A stretch of 64,000 bases of DNA from Candidatus Zixiibacteriota bacterium (GTDB lineage Bacteria; Zixibacteria; MSB-5A5; GN15; FEB-12), in contig JAJRQO010000006.1 of assembly GCA_024280215.1 (NCBI GenBank), forward strand, positions 10,986-74,985. The letters run 5' to 3'. Of the stretch, positions 35,103-45,192 are shown piece after piece. The translations under genes and the position numbers were made by a program. The notes beneath the pieces are model-generated. The model was not told where the DNA came from. It ran no database searches and worked only from the letters and a program-made list of their open reading frames with translations. The stretch's first letter is position 1. Each line of letters begins with the position of its first letter.

Positions 35103-37517
35103 GTGGCATCATCTAAAATTAAAAAGACATTCTCATTTTTGGGCTATACATTTATAGGCATACTTATTAGTATTGTAATTTCATTTTATATTATGCTTAG
35201 ACTCTCGATACCACAGACCGATGGAGAGGTTCTATTAAGTGGGATTGATTCACAAATTGAGATTTTGTTTGATGGGAAAGGGATTCCACAGATTTATGCT
35301 GATACTGAACAAGATGCGTATTTCGCATTGGGCTATCAACATGCCGCTGACAGGATGTTTCAAATGGATCTTTCGAGACGGGTTGCCCAAGGGAAACTCT
35401 CTGAACTTTTAGGCTCGGTTACAGTTAGTATGGATAAAGAACAAATCAAAATCGGCCATCTCCGTTTAGCAGAACAAGCTGAAAAAAAATTATCTGAGAG
35501 GAACCGAAATCGTCTGCAAGCATATTGTAATGGTATCAACAGTTATGCGGAAAGTTGTAAGTCACTTCCATTTGAGTATCGGTTCCTTCCTGTTGATTTT
35601 ATCGAATGGACATTAGTTGATTGTTTAGCATTACTATCATTTCAGACATGGTATTCAAATAGTTTGATGAACCGCGATTCGTTTTACAACAAGTTAGCTG
35701 AAAAAGTTGGAAGAGAAAAAGCTGCGACACTTCTTTTCCCTTACCCTGAATTTGCCCCTGTTACTGTTGAACATGCATCAAAAGAAATCAGTAGATTTAC
35801 AAGCGAAACTGATTCAAAAGTTGCATTTACATATTTAAATCAGTTAGATGAAACCGATGAGAGCAATTTGTTTCAGTCGTCAATTGCATCACTATATTTT
35901 AAGCATGGTTCTTCATCCATGCACATGTCTGAGGCATCCAACGCTTGGGTGGTAGCACCATCTCGAACAGTAAGTGGTTCTGCGATTCTTGCATCGGATC
36001 CGCACTTAGAATTAGGACGGCTCCCTCAGTTTTGGTATGCGGTTGGGATTCATATCAAAGAAACTAACACTGATGCATTTGGGATTACAACAGCGGGGTT
36101 ACCATTTTTTGTAATGGGACATAACAAAACAGCGGCATGGGCATTTACAGCAGGTGGCAATGATGTTGTTGATTACAAACTACTCACAACACAAAATGAA
36201 AATTCACAATATATGACTGACAATGGTTGGAAAGATTTTGAAATCGTAAGCACTGAGCATATTAATTCGTCAATTGAGACAACTACGATGATAGAGGCCA
36301 AGCTTTCTGACTATGGTGTTGTGATGAAAGAAAACGATTCATCCGCGGTTGTACTTCATTGGGCAGGTCATGATGTTGATTTGGACAAAGGAGTCAGCCA
36401 TGCCTTTGATTTGGTGAATACAAAAACATTTGAACAGTTTAGAAAAATTGTAACAAATTTTGGTGCCTTGGATGCGAACTTTGTCTATGCCGATAGCGTA
36501 GGTAATATTGGCTACCAACTTTCGACGCCATTACCAATTCGCACCTCAGAAGATAACAGTATTTTGCCATCTGCTCTTGGCTCCAAAATTCCTTTTAAAT
36601 TTATTGCACTTGATGAAACTCCACACCAGCTCAACCCAGAAATTGGATGGCTCGCAAACTGTAACAACAAACCTGACAATCCAAGCAACTCACGAGGTTT
36701 CTATTTTTCTGATCGTATTATGCGGATGCATCAGCTTTTAAATTCAAAAGATAATTTCAGTATAGATGATATGAAAAAATTTCAATTTGATTTGACTGAT
36801 AGATATATGGCAAATTTTGCGAATAAATTCTCTCAAGTGCTTACTCTTATTGGTGAAAATGAAAAAGCTAAAACAATTGATTCATGGGATGGTAACTCAG
36901 ATACAAATTCTTATTTTGCTGCACTCTCTGTTGTCTATTTAGATGAATTAAAAAAAGAAGTTTTCGAGGATGAGTTGGGGGATTTATTTCATCAAGTACC
37001 TTCCAAATGGATTGAAAATTTTGATCAAGTAATAGATGCTGGATGGTTCGATAATATAAACTCTGATGAGGTTGAAGAGTATCTTGACGTAACTCAAGTC
37101 GCAATGAAGCGAGCATTGGAAATTGTCGGTGATAAAAACTGGGGCAACCTTCAAACGCTTGAGATGAATCACCCTCTGTCAATTATTCCGATTGTCAGTT
37201 CCGCACTTCACTTAGAGACAGAACCGATTCCGCATGGTGGTACCCCTGGAACTTTGAATTCATCATTTAGTCGAAAAATATCAGACAGTAGTTATGCATC
37301 TGTTGCAGGGGCAAGCATGCGATTACTTGTAGATTTTTCCGATTTAGATGCGACGACGATTGTTTTACCTGCGGGAAACTCGGGTAACCCGATGAGTGAA
37401 CATTTCTTTGATTTTTATGAGATGTGGGGAACAAATCAGCGGTGGAATGTTCCGATTAGCGACGACAAGATAATAGCAGGGAGCAAAAGTAAATTAATGC
37501 TTATGCCTACAAATTAG
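35103..37517 (+). CDS. penicillin acylase-family Ntn hydrolase (peptidase S45; possible acyl-homoserine-lactone/beta-lactam acylase)
   Basis: GTG start and an N-terminal TM/signal segment. GYQHAADRMFQMDLSRRVAQGKLSELLG is present. The nucleophile context is ASNAWVVAP. Confidence 0.8.
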   Translation: MASSKIKKTFSFLGYTFIGILISIVISFYIMLRLSIPQTDGEVLLSGIDSQIEILFDGKGIPQIYADTEQDAYFALGYQHAADRMFQMDLSRRVAQGKLSELLGSVTVSMDKEQIKIGHLRLAEQAEKKLSERNRNRLQAYCNGINSYAESCKSLPFEYRFLPVDFIEWTLVDCLALLSFQTWYSNSLMNRDSFYNKLAEKVGREKAATLLFPYPEFAPVTVEHASKEISRFTSETDSKVAFTYLNQLDETDESNLFQSSIASLYFKHGSSSMHMSEASNAWVVAPSRTVSGSAILASDPHLELGRLPQFWYAVGIHIKETNTDAFGITTAGLPFFVMGHNKTAAWAFTAGGNDVVDYKLLTTQNENSQYMTDNGWKDFEIVSTEHINSSIETTTMIEAKLSDYGVVMKENDSSAVVLHWAGHDVDLDKGVSHAFDLVNTKTFEQFRKIVTNFGALDANFVYADSVGNIGYQLSTPLPIRTSEDNSILPSALGSKIPFKFIALDETPHQLNPEIGWLANCNNKPDNPSNSRGFYFSDRIMRMHQLLNSKDNFSIDDMKKFQFDLTDRYMANFANKFSQVLTLIGENEKAKTIDSWDGNSDTNSYFAALSVVYLDELKKEVFEDELGDLFHQVPSKWIENFDQVIDAGWFDNINSDEVEEYLDVTQVAMKRALEIVGDKNWGNLQTLEMNHPLSIIPIVSSALHLETEPIPHGGTPGTLNSSFSRKISDSSYASVAGASMRLLVDFSDLDATTIVLPAGNSGNPMSEHFFDFYEMWGTNQRWNVPISDDKIIAGSKSKLMLMPTN

Positions 37518-38230
37518 TTTTTGTTTTTAAAGTACTTAATAAATTCTGTCTGAGCTTTTTCGTAATCGGATGGACGACCGATGTCATACCAAAAATTCTC
37601 AAATAGATACGAATTGATTTGGCTCTTCTGTTTTAAAAGAAGATGCATCAGATTATCAAAACCAAATGGTTTGTTATCGGGAATATTATCCAATACTGAT
37701 TTTGCAAAAACATAAATCCCGCAGGATACGAGATAATCTGAAGTTGGTTTTTCTACAAATGAAATAATATTTGAATTATCATCTGTTTCAATTACTCCAT
37801 AGTCAATATGATGTCGTCGTTTAGTTACTGCTACAGTCAACTTGCTACTGGTATCTTTATGATTGTTCATAAGGTCTGAGAAGTCTAAATCTGTCAGAAT
37901 ATCACCATTGGCGACGATAAAATCATCAGCAAGAGAAGAAATCAATTTAAGAGGTGCAACAGTTGAGAGCTCTTTTTCTTCTTGCGAGTATCTGATAGAT
38001 AAATTAAACTGAGAACCATTACCAATAGCTTGTTGTATTTTATCAGCCATGTGATGTACAGCGATAATAACTTCTGAGACTCCGCATCTTTGCATCTGTT
38101 TTAAAAGATGTGCGATAATTGGTTCACCGTTTAATTCAACTAATGGTTTTGGAATTTCTTCGGTGAATGGGTAGAGGCGTCTGCCTTTACCTCCTGCTAA
38201 AATTACTGCCTGCATATTTTTCTCAAACAT
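37514..38230 (-). CDS. sugar-phosphate nucleotidyltransferase
   Basis: AVILAGGKGRRLYPFTEEIPKPLV is the G-x-G-T/R-R-L signature. Confidence 0.8.
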   Translation of the reverse strand: MFEKNMQAVILAGGKGRRLYPFTEEIPKPLVELNGEPIIAHLLKQMQRCGVSEVIIAVHHMADKIQQAIGNGSQFNLSIRYSQEEKELSTVAPLKLISSLADDFIVANGDILTDLDFSDLMNNHKDTSSKLTVAVTKRRHHIDYGVIETDDNSNIISFVEKPTSDYLVSCGIYVFAKSVLDNIPDNKPFGFDNLMHLLLKQKSQINSYLFENFWYDIGRPSDYEKAQTEFIKYFKNKN

Positions 38231-39215
38231 TCTTATAAGTTGAACTATCGGGGTCTATTATCGTTCCCGATTTTATTAAATCAATATATTCTTTGATACC
38301 ATCAGGTACTCTTTTTTCTATTTCAAATGACAAAGATTTTTTAATTTCATCAAAATTTACTCGATAATCTCTGGGATCTTCTTCTTTAGCAACATAGCTA
38401 ACTTTGTTTTTTGCTTCAGGTAATTCCTTGAGGATTAAATCAATGATAGTTTTTTTTTGATAGTTTTCATTTGTATCACCAACATTAAATGCTTTATGGG
38501 ATACAATTTTTTCATCCGCTTTTAAAACAAGAATAATTGCACGTGCTATATCTGTCGTATGACAGTATGGTCTCCAAAATTGTTCGCCATAAATTTCAAG
38601 ATTCCGACCTAAGGCAAGTTCTTTTGTAAATTCATTAACAGTAAGGTCTAACCGAATGCGTGGTGAGAGACCATAGGCAGTCGCAAATCGCAAACAGATT
38701 GGAACAATAGAAGTGTGTTTGAGATTCATAAGAATAGTTTCAAATTCAACTTTGAGTTCTGCGTACAATGAAATAGGTTTGAGTGCTGTAGTCTCATCGA
38801 CATAACCGTCTGGGTCTGACATCTTGCCATAATTTGAACAGGTCGAAGCAAAAACGAACCGCTTTATATGAACATCTTGTGCGGCACTTAATATGTTTCG
38901 AGAACCGTCCCTGTTGACTGACGTTGCCCGTTCGGGTTGTTGTTTGCAGGCAGGGTCACCTACGATAGCAGCAAGATGCACGATAGAATCAACGCTTTCG
39001 ACAACTTTTTTACATACATCTTTATTTGTTATATCACCAACGACTAATTCAAATTTTTCATTTTGCATGTACGCAGACAAAGAATCATCACCAAATGAAA
39101 GATTGTCGACCGTTCGTACCTCATGGCCAGCATGTAAAAGTTGTCCAATTAGTACAGAGCCGATATAACCAGCACCACCAGTGACGAGAATTTTTTGTGT
39201 GTTCATAGTTAGCAA
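38223..39215 (-). CDS. NAD-dependent nucleotide-sugar epimerase/dehydratase (SDR)
   Basis: ILVTGGAGYIGS and a YxxxK motif (YAELKVEFE). Confidence 0.8.
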   Translation of the reverse strand: MLTMNTQKILVTGGAGYIGSVLIGQLLHAGHEVRTVDNLSFGDDSLSAYMQNEKFELVVGDITNKDVCKKVVESVDSIVHLAAIVGDPACKQQPERATSVNRDGSRNILSAAQDVHIKRFVFASTCSNYGKMSDPDGYVDETTALKPISLYAELKVEFETILMNLKHTSIVPICLRFATAYGLSPRIRLDLTVNEFTKELALGRNLEIYGEQFWRPYCHTTDIARAIILVLKADEKIVSHKAFNVGDTNENYQKKTIIDLILKELPEAKNKVSYVAKEEDPRDYRVNFDEIKKSLSFEIEKRVPDGIKEYIDLIKSGTIIDPDSSTYKNV

Positions 39216-39251
39216 GATACAGAATCGTAAAGCTGTCTGAAAGGAAATAAT

Positions 39252-39282
39252 AAAAAAAGCCGATTGTTTTAATCGGCTTTTA
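39252..39282 (-). terminator. rho-independent terminator after the TPR lipoprotein gene
   Basis: The stem gccgatt / aatcggc has an A-run upstream, which is a T-run on the minus strand. Confidence 0.75.
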
Positions 39283-39307
39283 GATTTTTAAGATTTTATT
39301 CTATGTA

Positions 39308-41497
39308 CTATTTTAAAGCTGCCTTGGCTTCTTTCAAATTTTCGTCTGAAAGTCCGAGCTTGATTGCTTTACGTAAAGCCTCTTTGCCATCATCCGCCCA
39401 TTTAGCATTAGCCTTTATACTTGACATACCATAGCGAAATAGTGGATACGATTTTGTCGATTTAGATAACAAAACTGCCTTAGCAGACTCACCTCGACAA
39501 AGGTCAAAACGTCCCATTTTATAATAAATATCAGCGAGGCTTATAAGATAGGGGTATCTTCCATATCCCTCAAAAATAGCCTGTCTTCCCATATTGGATG
39601 CTTTGCCAAAGTCAATCCCCTCTGATGAGAGTACTTGGGAATAGTACATCAGGTTTTGAGGATTGTTAGGATAATCTAAAAGGTTTTTTTCAAAGAGATC
39701 GTATGATTCTGTTTTTTGTCCAGAATTATACATCGCCCGTGCTTTCAGAATATGTGCCTGAGCAAAGTTCGGTTCTAACTTGAGTGCTTCGTCAAGCAAG
39801 GTTATAGAATTTTTAAAATCCGAATTTTCCTGAGCTTCAAATGCAGCCAGTAAATATGCATCAGCATTATTGAGACTCATCATATCAATTAGTTTATCTT
39901 TATCTTCTTTTCTATTCGCATCTTTTAATATCTCAACCAGTTCTTTCACAAAAACGATATCTCCAGAGGCAACTGAAGAAAATTGTTTAAACTGTTTAAA
40001 ACCTTCGTTATATTTTTCAGATAAAAAGAGGTACTTCGTTTTTGTCAATGCGATAAATTTGTTTTTTGAGAATTGTGGATATGTGTCAAAGAGAGCAACA
40101 GCCTTCTCATATTCTTTTATATGTTCATACATTGCAAGTTGTTTTTCAAATGCAGGTAGATAATATGAATCGGCGGTAAGAGCTTTTTTATAGTAGGTTT
40201 CGGCTTTGTCATATTTTCTGATTGCAAAGTGTCGCCAAGTTTCTGCTATCCCTGTGAGCCAGTCAGCATCATTTTGATGCCCTGCTTCTATTTTTTTCAA
40301 ATCAGCATAACATTCATCAAAAAGTCCAACGACATGTTTTGTCACAGCAAGTTCAAACCTAAATTCTTTACGGTTGACCTGAAGTCCTCGAATATTATTC
40401 AGCTTTGTAATTGTACCTGGATTTTTTTCGTATTTCACATTAAGCATCAACATCGCATAATAATAAAATGAACCAAATTCATCGTTGTATTGACCTTTTA
40501 AAATATCATTTTCTAAAGCAGCCAAATCTTGCATCATTGACAATTTGTCTGAGATTTCTGCTCTTGAATACAACTCATACATAACACCTGTAGCACTTGC
40601 TGGAACAATCGCTCTGTAATTCTGCCCATGTATTCGAATCATAGATTTATTATCAATATGTAATCCGTAAAACAAATTAAGCCCTTCGAGCAAAAGCGGT
40701 TCAGCACCTAAGTTGCTCAACGTATTAATAATATTGCGTGCATCTGAGAGATAATTATTTTTTAAAGCTCTTTTAAATGACGTATAGACGTTTTGAATAT
40801 TTGACTTATCAAGATTGAATAATTTTTTATTATATACCATTGACGAATCGATCAAACCGATGGAATTATAATATTCTGTAGCAGCATCGTAAAAAATTGC
40901 GTTATCAGAATTATCTTCGAATGCTTCCTTTGCTTCAGTCGCCGCTTCAGCATTGTCACCCTGAAGTACTATCACAGTCGCAAGCATCAGCTGAGCTGCT
41001 CTTTTGTGTTCATACCCTGACATAAAGGCTTGTTTAAAATAAGTTTCTGCTCTTTGATATTCTCCAAGATTTTTATAAGCATCACCTAAGATATATTTTG
41101 TATGAGCATTTGAATTCCAAAGCTTGTTATAGTGAACCGCAGCCTCAAGTGCTTCATGGTAGAAACCTAAATTTTTATAAGCATCATACAATCCAACAAA
41201 AGCGTCTTGGTAGTCCGTACTGTTTGTAAGAATTGTTGAATAGTCTTTGACCGCATCAAAATATTGCAATCGGGCATCTAAGACTTTTGTACGACCGACT
41301 AAAGCCAGCATAGAACTAGGGTCAATTTCAAAGATTGCATTAAATGTTGAGTCAGCTGAATTTAATTGGAAGTCAGAAATCTGAGCAACACCATCTTGAT
41401 ACAGGTCATTAATTTTATCTTCAGGAGTTTTAGAGCACCCACTTAAAAGAAAAAGAGCTAAAGAGACAATTATAAAATTTTTCATAAATTCCTTCAT
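39308..41497 (-). CDS. large TPR-repeat lipoprotein
   Basis: Lipobox LLSGCSK. There are many TPR-like A/Y/L repeats, for example YILGDAYKNLGEYQRAETYFKQA. Confidence 0.7.
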   Translation of the reverse strand: MKEFMKNFIIVSLALFLLSGCSKTPEDKINDLYQDGVAQISDFQLNSADSTFNAIFEIDPSSMLALVGRTKVLDARLQYFDAVKDYSTILTNSTDYQDAFVGLYDAYKNLGFYHEALEAAVHYNKLWNSNAHTKYILGDAYKNLGEYQRAETYFKQAFMSGYEHKRAAQLMLATVIVLQGDNAEAATEAKEAFEDNSDNAIFYDAATEYYNSIGLIDSSMVYNKKLFNLDKSNIQNVYTSFKRALKNNYLSDARNIINTLSNLGAEPLLLEGLNLFYGLHIDNKSMIRIHGQNYRAIVPASATGVMYELYSRAEISDKLSMMQDLAALENDILKGQYNDEFGSFYYYAMLMLNVKYEKNPGTITKLNNIRGLQVNRKEFRFELAVTKHVVGLFDECYADLKKIEAGHQNDADWLTGIAETWRHFAIRKYDKAETYYKKALTADSYYLPAFEKQLAMYEHIKEYEKAVALFDTYPQFSKNKFIALTKTKYLFLSEKYNEGFKQFKQFSSVASGDIVFVKELVEILKDANRKEDKDKLIDMMSLNNADAYLLAAFEAQENSDFKNSITLLDEALKLEPNFAQAHILKARAMYNSGQKTESYDLFEKNLLDYPNNPQNLMYYSQVLSSEGIDFGKASNMGRQAIFEGYGRYPYLISLADIYYKMGRFDLCRGESAKAVLLSKSTKSYPLFRYGMSSIKANAKWADDGKEALRKAIKLGLSDENLKEAKAALK

Positions 41498-41658
41498 ATT
41501 ATATCAATTTTTTTTCTCGTTTTACGGTATAACTATTAGAGCTTTAATTTATACATTTTTTTCCTGAGAGAAAGGAAATTTTTTTATCAAAACAGCAAAT
41601 TTTATGCTGAACGAGCAAAAATTATTGTAAAAAACATTTAACACGGTTATATTTAACT

Positions 41659-42384
41659 ATGGCAAGATTATCATCAAATGAATTAGTAAAATATTATAGA
41701 AAAAGAGCCGTCGTAAACGGTGTCTCAATTGAGGTCAATACAGGTGAAGTTGTTGGACTGCTTGGACCTAACGGTGCGGGGAAAACGACCACTTTTTACA
41801 TGCTCATAGGTTTTATCCGCCCTGACAATGGGCAGGTACATCTTGAAAAAAGCAATATTAGCACACTACCAATGTACAAACGAGCTGCAAAGGGAATTGG
41901 TTACTTAGCTCAAGAGGCATCTGTTTTCAGAAAAATGACAGTTGAAGACAATATTATGTCAATTCTGCAATTTCAGAAAATGAGTCGGAAACAACAAAAA
42001 ATTCGTTTGGAAGAGCTTTTAGAAGAGTTGGATATAGCTCATTTGCGTAAAAGTAGAGCGTATACCCTCTCTGGTGGCGAAAGACGACGAGTTGAAATAA
42101 CCAGAGCATTAGTCAATAATCCTAAGTTTATTCTTTTAGATGAACCATTTGCGGGAATTGACCCAATTGCTGTAGAAGATATTCAGAAAAATATTTCGAG
42201 ATTGGTTGAAAAAGGGTTAGGCGTTTTAATTACTGACCATAATGTACGTGAAACGCTCTCTATTTGTAGCAGAGCATATATTATGTACGATGGGAAAATT
42301 CTAAAATCTGGTACTTCCGAATACTTGGCAAACGACAAAGAAGCAAAGAAGATTTATTTAGGTGAAAAATTTAAGCTGAATTAA
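41659..42384 (+). CDS. lptB: LPS export ABC transporter ATP-binding protein
   Basis: Walker A GPNGAGKTTTFYM, signature LSGGERRRVEI and Walker B ILLDEPFAGIDP. It sits in the conserved position upstream of rpoN. Confidence 0.9.
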   Translation: MARLSSNELVKYYRKRAVVNGVSIEVNTGEVVGLLGPNGAGKTTTFYMLIGFIRPDNGQVHLEKSNISTLPMYKRAAKGIGYLAQEASVFRKMTVEDNIMSILQFQKMSRKQQKIRLEELLEELDIAHLRKSRAYTLSGGERRRVEITRALVNNPKFILLDEPFAGIDPIAVEDIQKNISRLVEKGLGVLITDHNVRETLSICSRAYIMYDGKILKSGTSEYLANDKEAKKIYLGEKFKLN

Positions 42385-42506
42385 GCTTACTGTGTAATTA
42401 ATGAACGATATCAGTTTAGCTGGTAAATCAACAATTAAATTGTCCGATAAAGCTTTATATAAAGCAAATTATCGACAAACCATTAAATGACATTTGAGTA
42501 GAAAAT

Positions 42507-43919
42507 ATGAAATTAGGATTACATCAAAGACTATCTGTAACTTTAGCACCGCAATTGATACAATCATTAAAGATGTTGCAAATGCCAGTCTTAAAGTTAG
42601 AACAGACAATCAGACACGAACTTTCTACAAATCCTCTTTTAGAAGAAATTGAAGATGTAGAACCAACTGAAGAAACTGAAGAAAAAGAATCAGAATTTGA
42701 ACTAACAGAACAAAAAACCGAAGAAGAAAAAGCTGCTGAATGGGAAGACTACCTATTTAATAATGATGATGATGGTTATAAAGTTAAAGAACCTGTTGAG
42801 CAACGTGAAGAACGATTTGAAGGACCAGGTACATCGGCGATTAATTTATATACTCATCTCAATGAACAGCTTTCATTATTGAAGCTTTCAGAAGAAGAAC
42901 ATCTCATTGGTGAATATATTATTGGTAACATATCTCCAGAGGGATATCTTTGTATCTCAGTTCCCGAAATGGCCGAAGAGCTTGAATTAGATGCGGAAAA
43001 AATCGACGTAATTTTAAAACTCATCACCCGCTTTGATCCACTTGGAATCGGCTCTCGTGATTTGCGTGAATCTCTTATGATACAGCTTGAAGAAAAGGGA
43101 TTACAAAATTCTCTCGCCTATCGGATAGTCAAAGAACATATCCATGAACTCGATAGAAAATCGATTTTACAGATTGCGAAATTTATGTCAGTAACTGCTG
43201 AAAAAGCTCAGGCTGCAATGACAGTTATAAAATCTCTCACTCCAACACCTACACATGGACGATTTGACAATGGTGCTATGCCTGTGATTCCTGATTTAGT
43301 TGTCGAACGTGTTGGTGACGAGTATGTTGTATTTCACAATGATGCTTACGTGCCTCGTTTGAGAATCAATGCTAACTATAAAGAATTAATGAAACGTGGT
43401 TCTTCTTCTCCAAAAGATACTAAAGATTATGTTCGTCAAAAACTCGAACAAGCTCGTTGGCTTTTAAATTCTATTAACCAAAGACGCTCAACTATGATTC
43501 GTGTAATGGAAGCAATTATCGAAAAGCAAAGAGACTTTTTTGATAAAGGTCAGGAGTTTATTAAACCGATGATTATGGAAGATATTGCCCAAGCAGTTGA
43601 GATGAATGTTGCTACAATTAGTCGAGTCTCAAATAGTAAATATGTCCAGACACCGCTTGGTGTATTTGAAATTAAATTCTTTTTTAATTCAGGTATTGCC
43701 AAAGCTGATGGTGAGAATATGGCAAAACGTGCAGTCAAACAACGTATTGAAGAAATTATCAAAGCAGAGCCGATGGAAAAACCGCATTCTGACCAAGAAA
43801 TTTTTAGACTACTCAATAAAGAGGGTATCACCCTTGCCAGACGAACAGTTACAAAGTATAGAGAAGAATTAAAACTACCACCAGCTCGTTTAAGAAAAAG
43901 AGTCGCCGACACACCATAA
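42507..43919 (+). CDS. rpoN: RNA polymerase sigma-54 factor
   Basis: N-terminal Q/L-rich region (LHQRLSVTLAPQLIQSLKMLQMP), an acidic linker, and the RpoN box ARRTVTKYREEL. Confidence 0.95.
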   Translation: MKLGLHQRLSVTLAPQLIQSLKMLQMPVLKLEQTIRHELSTNPLLEEIEDVEPTEETEEKESEFELTEQKTEEEKAAEWEDYLFNNDDDGYKVKEPVEQREERFEGPGTSAINLYTHLNEQLSLLKLSEEEHLIGEYIIGNISPEGYLCISVPEMAEELELDAEKIDVILKLITRFDPLGIGSRDLRESLMIQLEEKGLQNSLAYRIVKEHIHELDRKSILQIAKFMSVTAEKAQAAMTVIKSLTPTPTHGRFDNGAMPVIPDLVVERVGDEYVVFHNDAYVPRLRINANYKELMKRGSSSPKDTKDYVRQKLEQARWLLNSINQRRSTMIRVMEAIIEKQRDFFDKGQEFIKPMIMEDIAQAVEMNVATISRVSNSKYVQTPLGVFEIKFFFNSGIAKADGENMAKRAVKQRIEEIIKAEPMEKPHSDQEIFRLLNKEGITLARRTVTKYREELKLPPARLRKRVADTP

Positions 43920-44146
43920 AGTTATTTTACCATTGGATGGTTGAGAGTGATAGCTAAAGCTGAACCTCTCTAAAGATAGTGAATCATGGAAGAAAGAAAT
44001 ATGAAAGATTGTCAAATAATTATAAATTCAAATCGTACTATTTCTCAGAAAATAAAGAGTGTATTGATGAATAACCATGTTATATTACATATGGATTTAT
44101 TCATTAACTCTCACATTAATGGATGCATGGAAAGGAGAGCATAACC

Positions 44147-44506
44147 ATGCAAAAAAAAATATCTGCACGTCACTTTGATTTAACTGAAGATTTAAAAGAA
44201 AAAGCTGAAGCGGAAATGGACAGCCTAACAAGATATTATGACAATATCATCTCGGCTGACTTGGTTTTAGATATGGAACGTCACCGTCGCTTAGCTGAGC
44301 TTAAAATTCAAGTCTACAACCAAACGATTGCATCATCTGCCGAAAGCGATGATATGATTAATTCGATTACAACGGCAGTTGACAAAGTAAGGACTCAACT
44401 CTTAAAGTACAAAGGTAAGCTGAAAGACAAAAAACCAGATGAAATCAGCGAAACCAAAAACAGTATAACCCGTCCAAGTACCAATGCTGAAGATTTAGAC
44501 ATCTAA
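44147..44506 (+). CDS. hpf: ribosome hibernation-promoting factor (HPF/RaiA family)
   Basis: MQKKISARHFDLTEDLKEKAE... The SD AAGGAGAG lies 7 nt upstream of the ATG at 44147. It sits in the conserved position after rpoN. Confidence 0.85.
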   Translation: MQKKISARHFDLTEDLKEKAEAEMDSLTRYYDNIISADLVLDMERHRRLAELKIQVYNQTIASSAESDDMINSITTAVDKVRTQLLKYKGKLKDKKPDEISETKNSITRPSTNAEDLDI

Positions 44507-44531
44507 CAAATTATTCAAAATTATGATACAA

Positions 44532-44558
44532 AGCCCACAAATTTGTGGGCTTTTTTTT
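44532..44558 (+). terminator. rho-independent terminator after hpf
   Basis: The hairpin agcccacaaatttgtgggct is followed by eight T residues. Confidence 0.85.
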
Positions 44559-44738
44559 GCACTTTAGGTAAATTATTTCATACTTTTCTATCTTTAGAAC
44601 TCCTCCAAAAACATTGAACATCATACGTTACATACCCCCTACCAACAACTTAGATACGAGAGCCAAATCAGACAGATAATTTGGCATACATTTTTCATGT
44701 AAAAAGAGCAAAACTAATAAATCAGGAAATTATATAAG

Positions 44739-45191
44739 ATGATTTTATTCGATTTTAACTTTATAACATTGGTACTTATGTTAAGTGCGTCGCTATTTTT
44801 TCTTATGGTTGGGTCACGATCACTTAAAAAAGAAAGCATGGAAGGACTGCTCTTTCTAACGCTCAGTTTGTTTTTTGCAGTAACCCATTTTTTCTATCTG
44901 TACAATTTACCTATAAGTTCTCCCCTCTCGTTTATATTGAGTACATATATTTTTTGGAGCTGGCTAACTAATCTCTTTGCCCCTGCATTGATAGTTCTTT
45001 TTATTACATTTGGGTTATCTAATTTTGTCTTAGATTATATTAAGGTAGGTTTGATTAAACTGTTTTTTGGTCTAACTCTTCTCTGCTTTATCTTTATGAT
45101 TGGTAATAGTTGGGCATTTGATATTCGAGGTTTTATCACTCTCTTCTTTTGTATTGCTTGGTTTGAAGTTGAGTTTAGAACTGCAACCTAA
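44739..45191 (+). CDS. hypothetical integral membrane protein
   Basis: 150 aa with 4-5 hydrophobic segments and no recognisable motif. Confidence 0.45.
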   Translation: MILFDFNFITLVLMLSASLFFLMVGSRSLKKESMEGLLFLTLSLFFAVTHFFYLYNLPISSPLSFILSTYIFWSWLTNLFAPALIVLFITFGLSNFVLDYIKVGLIKLFFGLTLLCFIFMIGNSWAFDIRGFITLFFCIAWFEVEFRTAT

Positions 45192-45192
45192 A

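Noticed and set aside
43986-44143. A 52-codon ORF (MEERNMKDCQIIINSN...) between rpoN and hpf.
   Set aside because: It has no SD, it ends inside the hpf ribosome-binding site, and its composition is typical of AT-rich spacer. It could only be kept with expression or conservation data.
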